Assembly (NCBI GenBank): GCA_045118955.1
Contig: JBGVKB010000018.1
Location: 281 to 64,280, forward strand
Direction: 5' to 3'
DNA length: 64,000 bases
Origin: Oscillospiraceae bacterium
Lineage (GTDB): Bacteria > Bacillota > Clostridia > Oscillospirales > Ruminococcaceae
The translations under genes were made by a program, and so were the position numbers. The notes beneath the pieces were generated by a model, which did no database searches, was not told the origin of the DNA, and worked only from the letters and a program-made list of their open reading frames with translations. Below are positions 1-7,389 of the stretch, piece after piece (the stretch's first letter is position 1; every line of letters begins with the position of its first letter).

Positions 1-740
1 ACAAGAACGAGGGCGGCCAGATGGTTCTGGTACCCGGCAGCGAGGTCACGGCCAGCGGCAGCTCTGCCAATGCCGAGGCGGTGGATGCGGTGATCAACGG
101 GTTCACCTTCCGCAACAGTTACGACTTTGACGAGGACTCGATCGCCAACCTGAATCTGAGTGCCACCAAGGTACACGATGGCTATATGCACAGCGGTCTG
201 TTCCGCTTCGCCCTGTACCAGACGGACGCGACCTTTGCCATCAGCGGTACCCCCCTGCAGACCGTTTACAACGATGCGGCGGGCGCGGTCGCTTTTGAGC
301 CGATCCAGTACAAGTACAGTGAGCTGGAGGATGTGCGTCAGGGCGATACGTCCCAGCGCGTCATCAACACCTATTACTATGCGGTGTGCGAGACCGACTT
401 GGGCAAGTACGATCACATCCGCTACGATGATACGATCTATTATGTCACGGTCACGCTGTACGATGACCACCGCGGCGGTCTGGGCGTGTCCTACAGCATC
501 CGCAGCAGCAAGAGCAGCGAGGATGTGGTGGAGATGGTCTTCTACAACTACGAGGAGCCTCCCGCACAGACTACCCCGACTCCGACCCCGACTCCCGTCG
601 AACCGACCGTTCCCGGCAGCCCGAACACTGGCGATGCCAGCAACCCCGCGCTGTGGATCGCTCTGATGGCGGCGGGCGTGGCCGCAGTGGCTGTGCTGCT
701 GTTTGTGACCCGCAAGCGCAAGGATGAGGATCCGAAGTGA
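1..740 (+). CDS. Sortase-anchored surface protein, C-terminal fragment (pilin/isopeptide-domain-like); 5' end outside window
   Basis: The frame is open from the window edge (codons KNEGGQ precede the Met at 21). The C-terminus has a PTPTPTPTP linker, an SPNTG sorting motif (nt 618-632), a ~23-aa hydrophobic segment and an RKRKDEDPK tail, which is a tripartite cell-wall sorting signal. The body (FTFRNSY.., YYYAVCETD..YDDTIYYVTVTLYDD) resembles Gram-positive pilin isopeptide domains (recall-based). Confidence 0.7.
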   Translation, partial: KNEGGQMVLVPGSEVTASGSSANAEAVDAVINGFTFRNSYDFDEDSIANLNLSATKVHDGYMHSGLFRFALYQTDATFAISGTPLQTVYNDAAGAVAFEPIQYKYSELEDVRQGDTSQRVINTYYYAVCETDLGKYDHIRYDDTIYYVTVTLYDDHRGGLGVSYSIRSSKSSEDVVEMVFYNYEEPPAQTTPTPTPTPVEPTVPGSPNTGDASNPALWIALMAAGVAAVAVLLFVTRKRKDEDPK

Positions 741-771
741 TCCCATCGCAGCCAGTTCTGATCCGATAAGC

Positions 772-803
772 AAAGCCCCCGGACGTTAAGTCCGGGGGCT
801 TTG
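772..803. terminator. Bidirectional intrinsic terminator between convergent genes
   Basis: Hairpin AGCCCCCGGAC-gttaa-GTCCGGGGGCT is flanked by AAA upstream and TTTGTT downstream. It lies between the stop at 740 (+) and the stop at 821 (-). Confidence 0.6.
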
Positions 804-820
804 TTCTGTTGAGCAAGCGT

Positions 821-2083
821 TTATTGAATGTGTCCGGCCAGATATTCCTCGGCCATGTGTACGGCGACCGCGCCGTCCGACACGGCGGTGACCACTTGGC
901 GAAGCAGCTTGGTGCGCACATCGCCCACCGCGAAAACGCCGGGGAGGTTGGTCTCGGTGGTCTCGCCCGCAGCGATGTAGCCGCCCTTGTCCAGTTCCAG
1001 TTGGCCGGCGACCAGCTCGGTGGCGGGCTGTCGGCCAACACTGATGAACACACCGTCACAGGGGAGCTCGGAAACTTCGCCGGTCTGCACATCCCGAAGC
1101 CGAAGCCCGGTGAGCCTATCGCCGTGCAAAAGCTCGGTGACCACAGAGTTCCAGCGGAATTCCACATTTTCGGCCCTCATCAAAGGCTCGTGATAAACTT
1201 TTGTGGCGCGGAGAGTGTCCCTGCGATGGATGACGATGACCTTTTCAGCGACCCGGCTCAGGAGCAGTGCGTCCGCCGCCGCCGAGTTGCCGCCGCCCAC
1301 CACGGCGACGGTTTTGCCCTTGAAAAACATACCGTCGCAGGCGGCGCAGTAGGCGACCCCGCGGCCGATCAGCTCCTTTTCGCCGGGCACGCCCAGCTCA
1401 CGAGGATTGGCGCCGGTTGCCAGTACGACCGTCTTGCCGAGAAAGACGCCCTCATTGGTCTCTACGACCTTGGGGTCGGCGTTCAGATCAAGGCGCTGCA
1501 CCTCAGCGTTTCGGGTCACGGCTCCGAACCGCTGTGCCTGCTGCTGCATCTGCTGAGCCAGCGCGTAGCCGTCGACGCCCTCCACAAAGCCGGGGTAGTT
1601 GTCGATCTGCTGGGTCAGAGCCATCTGACCACCGGCTGCGAGTCGCTCGACCACCAGTGTGTCAAGTCCTGCCCGGGCTGCATACAGCGCCGCCGTGTAT
1701 CCGCCGGGGCCGCCGCCGATGACGATCATGTCGTGAATGTGGTCGTCAGACCGCGCCTTCTGCCGGGGCAGGAGGTCGGACAGAAATTCGTCGATCTTTG
1801 CCTTGGACTCCGGCGCAATGATGGAAGCAGCGGGTGCGCCGTCCACATACAGGCGCAGCGTGGGGATCAGCTCAAGCTCCCATTCCTTCCAAAGGGACTC
1901 GCCCTCGTCCACATCGACCTTCACGACCTTCAGGGTGTCGGCGTATTCTTCGGCGATCTGGTCATAGGCCGGGCCGATCTTGCGGCAATGAGGGCACCAG
2001 GTGGCCCAGAAATCCACCAAGACCGTCTGTTTATTCTCGATCAATTCCTTGAGCTGCTTTGAGTTTATGTTCATGGCCGCCAT
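821..2083 (-). CDS. trxB: Thioredoxin (WCPHC) fused to thioredoxin-disulfide reductase, single 420-aa polypeptide
   Basis: N-terminal ~105 aa form a Trx fold with FWATWCPHCRK. The remainder is a low-Mr TrxR with VIGGGPGGYTAALYAAR (FAD), the YCAACDG redox dithiol and VVGGGNSAA (NADPH). RBS AAGGAG lies 9 nt upstream of the ATG at 2083. Confidence 0.85.
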   Translation of the reverse strand: MAAMNINSKQLKELIENKQTVLVDFWATWCPHCRKIGPAYDQIAEEYADTLKVVKVDVDEGESLWKEWELELIPTLRLYVDGAPAASIIAPESKAKIDEFLSDLLPRQKARSDDHIHDMIVIGGGPGGYTAALYAARAGLDTLVVERLAAGGQMALTQQIDNYPGFVEGVDGYALAQQMQQQAQRFGAVTRNAEVQRLDLNADPKVVETNEGVFLGKTVVLATGANPRELGVPGEKELIGRGVAYCAACDGMFFKGKTVAVVGGGNSAAADALLLSRVAEKVIVIHRRDTLRATKVYHEPLMRAENVEFRWNSVVTELLHGDRLTGLRLRDVQTGEVSELPCDGVFISVGRQPATELVAGQLELDKGGYIAAGETTETNLPGVFAVGDVRTKLLRQVVTAVSDGAVAVHMAEEYLAGHIQ

Positions 2084-2228
2084 CGCATTGGCTCCTTTCC
2101 TTTTCGTTTGATGTTAGTATGCTCCGGTACAGGACGAATGATTTCTGAGCAACGCCCTGAATGCGGATGCACAGTATTGTGTTTATCTATTACTATCATA
2201 AAAGAAAACGGCGCGGGGGACAAGGCCT

Positions 2229-2269
2229 GTACAACAAAAAAGAAAAAACCCAAGACGTTACGTCTTGGG
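2229..2269 (-). terminator. Intrinsic terminator downstream of tRNA-Ala
   Basis: Minus-strand hairpin CCCAAGACG-taa-CGTCTTGGG is followed by TTTTTTCTTTTTT. Confidence 0.6.
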
Positions 2270-2273
2270 TTTT

Positions 2274-2349
<76 letters not shown>

Positions 2350-2381
2350 ACAGGTGTTTGCCGTCTCTCGACTGCCTTATT

Positions 2382-2410
2382 AGTATAGCAAGAAGGCGAG
2401 CGGTTGTCAA
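2382..2410 (-). promoter_or_regulatory. Sigma-A type promoter for tRNA-Ala
   Basis: The minus strand reads TTGACA (2410-2405), a 17-nt spacer, then TATACT (2387-2382), about 30 nt upstream of the tRNA 5' end. Confidence 0.5.
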
Positions 2411-2436
2411 GCGAAATTTGAAAAAACTTTTGTTTT

Positions 2437-2589
2437 TTATAATAGACTCTGCCAGTACCACGCACCCAGCCCGAGAAGGAGCAAAACCACACCGCTCCAC
2501 ATCAGAATATAGGCGGCGCTGAGATTTTGCTTGATCATGCGGCCGGGAGCCGGCTTTTGGTCGGAGGGGGTTCGTTGAAACAGCTTCAT
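2437..2589 (-). CDS. Unlisted 50-aa small membrane protein, stop/start-overlapped with the upstream helicase
   Basis: Hand translation gives MKLFQRTPSDQKPAPGRMIKQNLSAAYILMWSGVVLLLLGLGAWYWQSLL*. The ATG (2589-2587) overlaps the helicase TGA (2588-2586) as ATGA. A GAGGAA Shine-Dalgarno lies 5 nt upstream, and there is one clear hydrophobic helix. It is too short for the ORF track. Confidence 0.4.
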   Translation of the reverse strand: MKLFQRTPSDQKPAPGRMIKQNLSAAYILMWSGVVLLLLGLGAWYWQSLL

Positions 2590-4958
2590 GGCAATTCCTC
2601 ATCCTGTTTGGTGTGTCGGGCGGTCGGGCCGTCGGCCCAAAAGTCGTGCAGTTCTTGTTTTAACCGGTCGCAGCCGGCGGTAAAGCGGCAGTGGTCCCAA
2701 TGGGCGGGGAGCAGAACGGCGTATTCCCGCCATGTGAAGCGCTGATCCAGCAGAAGCACCACGCCCCGGTCGGCGGGGGTGCGGATGACCCGGCCGGCCG
2801 CCTGCAGCACCTTGTTCATGCCGGGGTACTGATAGGCATAAGCGAAGCCGCTGCCGCGCGTTTCGTCGAAGTACCGGCGCAGCATCTCCTGTCGCGGGTT
2901 GACCTGCGGCAGACCAACGCCCACCACGGCGGTGCCGATGAGCCGCTCACCCACGAGGTCGATGCCCTCGCCAAATACGCCGCCCATCACGCAGAATCCC
3001 AGCAGGCTTTGTGTCCCCGGGACAAACTGCTCCAAAAAGTGCCGCTTGGCCTCCTCGTCCATGCCGCTCTCCTGCACAAGGATCGGAATCTCCGGATACA
3101 AGGCGGAAAAGCGCTCCACTGCCTGTGACAGATAGGCATAGGAGGGGAAGTAGGCCAGATAATTGCCTGTGTGTGCCTGCACCATGGCGGCGAGACAGGC
3201 ACATACCTCGTCCAGGCTTCCTGCTCGATTCCGATAGGTGGTGGACAGGTTCGTGGTGCAGAACAGCCCCAGATTGGTCTGCGGGAATGGGCTGGGCAGT
3301 GCCACGCACTTGGCTTCCTCGCACCCCAGCACGTCTTTATAATAGGAAGGTGGTGCCAGCGTTGCGCTGAACAGCACCGCCGCCCGCCCGCGGGACAGAC
3401 TTGCGTCCAAAAAGCGGCTGGGGTCAAGGCAGAGCTGTTGCACCTTCACGTCCCGGCCAAAGGCACTGACCTGCGTGACGTAGTGGTCATCGTAGCAATC
3501 GGCCACCCGGAGCCACGCCTTCAGGTCAAAGTAGCACTGAAGGACGGTGTCGTGTGCCTCGCCCTCCCGGTGTTCTTCCAGCCATTCCTCCATCGGTTTC
3601 AGGCAGCCGCGCACCAGGCGATGAAATTCCTCCTGCGCAGGGATGAAAAACTTGGTTCGCTCCTCATTCTCACTACACAGGGCGTGCCATTCGGTGAACT
3701 GACGATGTACCTTTCCCAGTGCAGTCTTGAGCTTGCCTCGGCCCTTGCCCAGAGCTTTGCGGCTGTCGCTTATCTGGCTCTTGGTCAGCGCCGCCGAGTG
3801 CATCTCACGGGCGCGGTCGGGCAGGTTGTGGGCTTCGTCCACCAGAAACAGGTGGTCGCCGGGCGCTTCGAAGAAGCGGCGCAAACAGACCAACGGGTCA
3901 AACAGGTAGTTGTAATCACCCACGATCACATCGCACCACAGCGAAAGATCCAGCCCCAATTCAAAGGGACAGACTGTATACCGCTGCGCCAGCGTCTCCA
4001 GTGCGGCGCGATCCAGCCGGGGGACGTCCAGCGCCTGCCAGAGGGCGTCCCGAATGCGGTCGTAATAGCCGTTGGCGTAGGGGCAGGCCTCGGGTGTACA
4101 TTCGCGCCGTTCCTGCAGGCAGACCTTGTCCTTGGCGGTCAGGGTGATGGAGCGCAGGTGCAGACCCTCCGGCAAAAGCGCCAATGCGTCCTCGGCGGCC
4201 TGCCGGGCGGTGGTGCGGGCGGTCAGGTAAAACACACGCTCACCCGCGTGTTCTCCCATGGCGCGCAGGGCGGGGTACAGGGTGCTGATGGTCTTGCCGA
4301 TGCCGGTGGGGGCTTGCGCCAGCAGGCGGCGGCTGTTCAGGAAGGTGCGGTACACCTCACCGGCCAGCGCGTGCTGACCCGGACGGAACGAGGGGTAGGG
4401 GAAGGCGAGTGCGGACAGGTCGGCGGTGCGCGCCGCGAGCCAGTCGGCCTGCCGTTGTGCCCACGGGGCATAGCGGGTCAGAAGATCCAGCAGAAACTCC
4501 TCCAACTCGGTGCGGGTGAAGCTCCGCTCAAAGCGGATGATCCGCTCTTCTTCGGTCTGAAAATAGGTTAGGCGGATGCCCACTTGCTCCAGCCCCTGCT
4601 GCTGCGCCCATACGGCCCCGTACACCTGTGCCTGTGCCCAGTGTACCGGGTTCCGATCCTCGGTGATCTGCTCGGTGGGGGTGGCGACGGTCTTGATCTC
4701 GTCGATGACCACAAGGCCATCCTCACGGGTAAAAATGCCGTCCGCCCGCCCCTCCAGTCGGTAACAGATGCCCGCTGCTTCAAGGGTAGCCTTGATGGGC
4801 ACTTCGGCCTGATACCCGGAGCCTGCCTCTTTTTGCAGCCTGCGATGGATGCGCGCGCCCTCGAGCGCCCGGTCAAACCCGGAAAACCGACTGTCGATGC
4901 TGCCGGTGCTGAGCAGAAATTCAACCAATTGACGCACTGAAATGCGCACCTCGGTCAT
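2586..4958 (-). CDS. PD-(D/E)XK nuclease domain fused to XPD/DinG-family (Rad3-like, 4Fe-4S) ATP-dependent DNA helicase
   Basis: The N-terminus carries GRADGI...VVIDEIKT...QAQVYG, matching a RecB/Cas4-like D..ExK..QxxxY nuclease. It is followed by AQAPTGIGKT (Walker A), four Cys (KVC..REC..EAC..TVC) in the Fe-S insert position, the DEAHNL box, and a C-terminal helicase_C2-like region (QAAGRVIR). Confidence 0.85.
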   Translation of the reverse strand: MTEVRISVRQLVEFLLSTGSIDSRFSGFDRALEGARIHRRLQKEAGSGYQAEVPIKATLEAAGICYRLEGRADGIFTREDGLVVIDEIKTVATPTEQITEDRNPVHWAQAQVYGAVWAQQQGLEQVGIRLTYFQTEEERIIRFERSFTRTELEEFLLDLLTRYAPWAQRQADWLAARTADLSALAFPYPSFRPGQHALAGEVYRTFLNSRRLLAQAPTGIGKTISTLYPALRAMGEHAGERVFYLTARTTARQAAEDALALLPEGLHLRSITLTAKDKVCLQERRECTPEACPYANGYYDRIRDALWQALDVPRLDRAALETLAQRYTVCPFELGLDLSLWCDVIVGDYNYLFDPLVCLRRFFEAPGDHLFLVDEAHNLPDRAREMHSAALTKSQISDSRKALGKGRGKLKTALGKVHRQFTEWHALCSENEERTKFFIPAQEEFHRLVRGCLKPMEEWLEEHREGEAHDTVLQCYFDLKAWLRVADCYDDHYVTQVSAFGRDVKVQQLCLDPSRFLDASLSRGRAAVLFSATLAPPSYYKDVLGCEEAKCVALPSPFPQTNLGLFCTTNLSTTYRNRAGSLDEVCACLAAMVQAHTGNYLAYFPSYAYLSQAVERFSALYPEIPILVQESGMDEEAKRHFLEQFVPGTQSLLGFCVMGGVFGEGIDLVGERLIGTAVVGVGLPQVNPRQEMLRRYFDETRGSGFAYAYQYPGMNKVLQAAGRVIRTPADRGVVLLLDQRFTWREYAVLLPAHWDHCRFTAGCDRLKQELHDFWADGPTARHTKQDEELP

Positions 4959-5020
4959 GTCCGGGCCTCCTTTCTCATTTCACATCCCTGCGGTGCGGGT
5001 CAGGTGACCCTGATGCTATA

Positions 5021-5049
5021 AGAATAGCGGATTTTGCGCCCGACTGCAA
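5021..5049 (-). promoter_or_regulatory. Putative sigma-A promoter of the helicase gene
   Basis: The minus strand reads TTGCAG (5049-5044), a 17-nt spacer, then TATTCT (5026-5021). Confidence 0.4.
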
Positions 5050-5064
5050 CCGGGGCTTCGATCC

Positions 5065-6141
5065 TCACAGGCGCAGCCCCATCTGCTGTGCCACTGCGCG
5101 GCCGATGGCGTCCACCTGCCGGAAGTCTGCCGCGGCCTTGTAGTATTCCTCCAGCTTGTCATGGTTCTGCTTGGCGTTGACCTGCATGGTGCTGGCCTGC
5201 GCCAGCAGATCCTCGGCGGCCTTGCGGTTGAAACGCAGGCGCTTGCTGCGGCAGCGCAGGACAGGCCCCTGCTCAAACCGCGCACAGCGGATGGTCTTCT
5301 GCCCGGAGAAGGTCAGCGGATGCCAGCTGTTGCAGGTGACAAACGCCAGCCGCAGCTCGGGGAAGATGAGGTGGTCGATCTTATCGCCCGGTGCCATGGG
5401 GCACCAGCAGACGATGACACGGTGCCCTCGCTCAAGGGCAATGTCGCGCAGACGCTCCATCAGCAGACGGCTGGCCGCGCCGTACTCGTCCTGGATCACC
5501 ACCTGCCGGTCGCTGAGGGCGCTGACGGTGTGCCCATACACCACCCGCCCCTTGGGGGTCACGGCGCTGAGCAGGCGGTGATGCTGTTCGCCGGTGCATT
5601 TGCGGTCGGGCAGGTGGCGATTGGCCAGCCGCTGCGCCTCCTGCCGCACCTTTTCAAAGTCGATGGAACAGGCTGCCGTGCGCCGGCTGTCCAGCAGGAT
5701 GCCGCCCGCGGCTGCCACATAGCGGGCTGCCCGCTCCTGAAAACGGCCGCAGACACGGAACAGCTCCTCGATCTCGGCGCGGTGGGTCTGCAGTGCCTCG
5801 CGATCCAGCGTGTGGAACAGGCTCACCACCTGCTCCCGCGCCACGGGCGCGGCGGGTTCCAACGTGTGGGGCGCAGTAGCGTCCACAATGGCACATTTTT
5901 CGTTCCAGAACACGACCCCATCCAGGCTGTCGGGGTCAGAGGAGCAGTGGATGCGCTCCGCCGTGCCTGAAGCACCGGCGGCAAGATTCTTCATCAGGGT
6001 AGATTTTCCGCAGCCGGGGCCGGCCTTGATGAGATAAAGCTCCTGATCCTGCTGTGCGGCCAGCTCGGAGAAGTACCCTTTGAACCCTGCGGGCGAGAGG
6101 CATCCCAGAAAAAAGTCGATGGTTTTAACGGTATCTGCCAT
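5065..6141 (-). CDS. Uncharacterised P-loop ATPase (358 aa; resembles the family I recall as PRK06851-like)
   Basis: Walker A is YLIKAGPGCGKSTLMKNL. I chose the start MADTVKTIDFF at 6141 because AAGGAGG sits 7 nt upstream. The 95-codon N-terminal extension in the track ORF (to 6426) overlaps the hprK promoter and start and has no RBS. Confidence 0.75.
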   Translation of the reverse strand: MADTVKTIDFFLGCLSPAGFKGYFSELAAQQDQELYLIKAGPGCGKSTLMKNLAAGASGTAERIHCSSDPDSLDGVVFWNEKCAIVDATAPHTLEPAAPVAREQVVSLFHTLDREALQTHRAEIEELFRVCGRFQERAARYVAAAGGILLDSRRTAACSIDFEKVRQEAQRLANRHLPDRKCTGEQHHRLLSAVTPKGRVVYGHTVSALSDRQVVIQDEYGAASRLLMERLRDIALERGHRVIVCWCPMAPGDKIDHLIFPELRLAFVTCNSWHPLTFSGQKTIRCARFEQGPVLRCRSKRLRFNRKAAEDLLAQASTMQVNAKQNHDKLEEYYKAAADFRQVDAIGRAVAQQMGLRL

Positions 6142-6325
6142 GGTGTATCCCTCCTTTTGGTTCATTCTATGTTTTCGCCGCCGGTACTGACACGCGCTGA
6201 TGACGCATATCAGAAGGATAGGATGAAAACCGCCAGATCGGGCCAAATGCCAATTTTTTGCGCCGTAGAAAATCAGAATCGTACGTTTATAAGATAAAAA
6301 GCGGAAATGCAGCCCGCGCAAGGCG

Positions 6326-6354
6326 TTGCAAGGATGTCTGAATCTGTGTATAAT
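6326..6354 (+). promoter_or_regulatory. Putative sigma-A promoter of hprK operon
   Basis: TTGCAA (6326-6331), a 17-nt spacer, then TATAAT (6349-6354). Confidence 0.45.
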
Positions 6355-6389
6355 AAAACCAAGTATATACCGTGAAAGGAAGTTTGGAC

Positions 6390-7325
6390 ATGTCGGAGTT
6401 TTCTGTATCGTTGGGCCAGCTTGCAAGACAGCTGAAACTGGAGACCCTCTACACCCCTGTGGAACTGGATAAGTTGAAGGTCACCTGTGCGGACATCAAC
6501 CGCCCGGGCATCGTTTTGGCCGGCTATTACCGGTACTTTGATCCCAACCGCATCCAGCTTTTTGGTCTGACCGAGATGTCCTATATGAAGGATCTGTCCC
6601 GCGAGGTTCGCAGCACCCATTTGGAGAAGCTGTTCAGCATGAAACCTCCCGCGGTACTGATCGCCCATAAGCTGGAGCCGCTGCCCGAAATGATGGACTT
6701 CGCGCGCTGGTACGAGGTGCCGCTGCTGCGCTCGCCGGAGGTCTCCTCGACCCTGATGAGCAACATCATCAGCTATCTGAATGTGGAGCTGGCCCCCCGT
6801 GTGACCCGCCACGGCGTGTTCGTGGAAGTCTACGGCGAGGGCATCCTGATCATGGGCGACAGCGGCGTAGGTAAGAGCGAGACCGCGGTGGAGTTGGTCA
6901 AGCGCGGCCACCGTCTGATCGCGGACGACGCGGTGGAGCTGCGCCGCACCTCGGCCACCACCATCATCGGCACCTCGCCCGAGAACATCCGCCATTTCAT
7001 CGAGATCCGGGGCATCGGCATCGTGAACGTGGCCAAGACCTTCGGTATCGGCGCGGTCAAGACCAGCACTACGGTGGATCTGGTGGTGGAGCTGGAGCCT
7101 TGGGATAAAACCAAATCCTACGACCGCACCGGTCTGACCAGCGAGACCTATGACATCCTTGATGTTAAGATCCCCAGCACGGTCATCCCTGTGATGCCCG
7201 GACGCAATCTGGCGGTCATTCTGGAGACCGCCGCCATCACCAACCGTCAGAAGAAGATGGGCTATAACGCCGCGCAGGAGCTGCTGGCGCGGCTGGGCCT
7301 TGAGGACGACCTGAGTCCCCAGTGA
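6390..7325 (+). CDS. hprK: HPr kinase/phosphorylase
   Basis: MSEFSVSLGQLA..; P-loop GDSGVGKSETAVELVKRGHRLIADD; IEIRGIGIVNV signature. ATG at 6390 lies 7 nt after AAAGGAAG. Confidence 0.9.
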   Translation: MSEFSVSLGQLARQLKLETLYTPVELDKLKVTCADINRPGIVLAGYYRYFDPNRIQLFGLTEMSYMKDLSREVRSTHLEKLFSMKPPAVLIAHKLEPLPEMMDFARWYEVPLLRSPEVSSTLMSNIISYLNVELAPRVTRHGVFVEVYGEGILIMGDSGVGKSETAVELVKRGHRLIADDAVELRRTSATTIIGTSPENIRHFIEIRGIGIVNVAKTFGIGAVKTSTTVDLVVELEPWDKTKSYDRTGLTSETYDILDVKIPSTVIPVMPGRNLAVILETAAITNRQKKMGYNAAQELLARLGLEDDLSPQ

Positions 7326-7389
7326 TCGATCGGATGGAAGCATATTGAGAGAGGAAACGCCTGCGGGCGAAAACAGGAGGAGCAAGAAC

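Noticed and set aside
571-600. The PTPTPTPTP-encoding repeat as a DNA tandem repeat or contingency locus.
   Set aside because: It is a short in-frame Pro-Thr linker typical of wall-spanning stalks. The repeat is too short and too imperfect at the DNA level to call a phase-variable tract.
5065-6426. A 453-aa version of the ATPase ORF with a 95-codon N-terminal extension.
   Set aside because: The extension runs through the divergent hprK promoter and start and has no RBS. The internal ATG at 6141 has a perfect AAGGAGG, and the conserved protein begins there.
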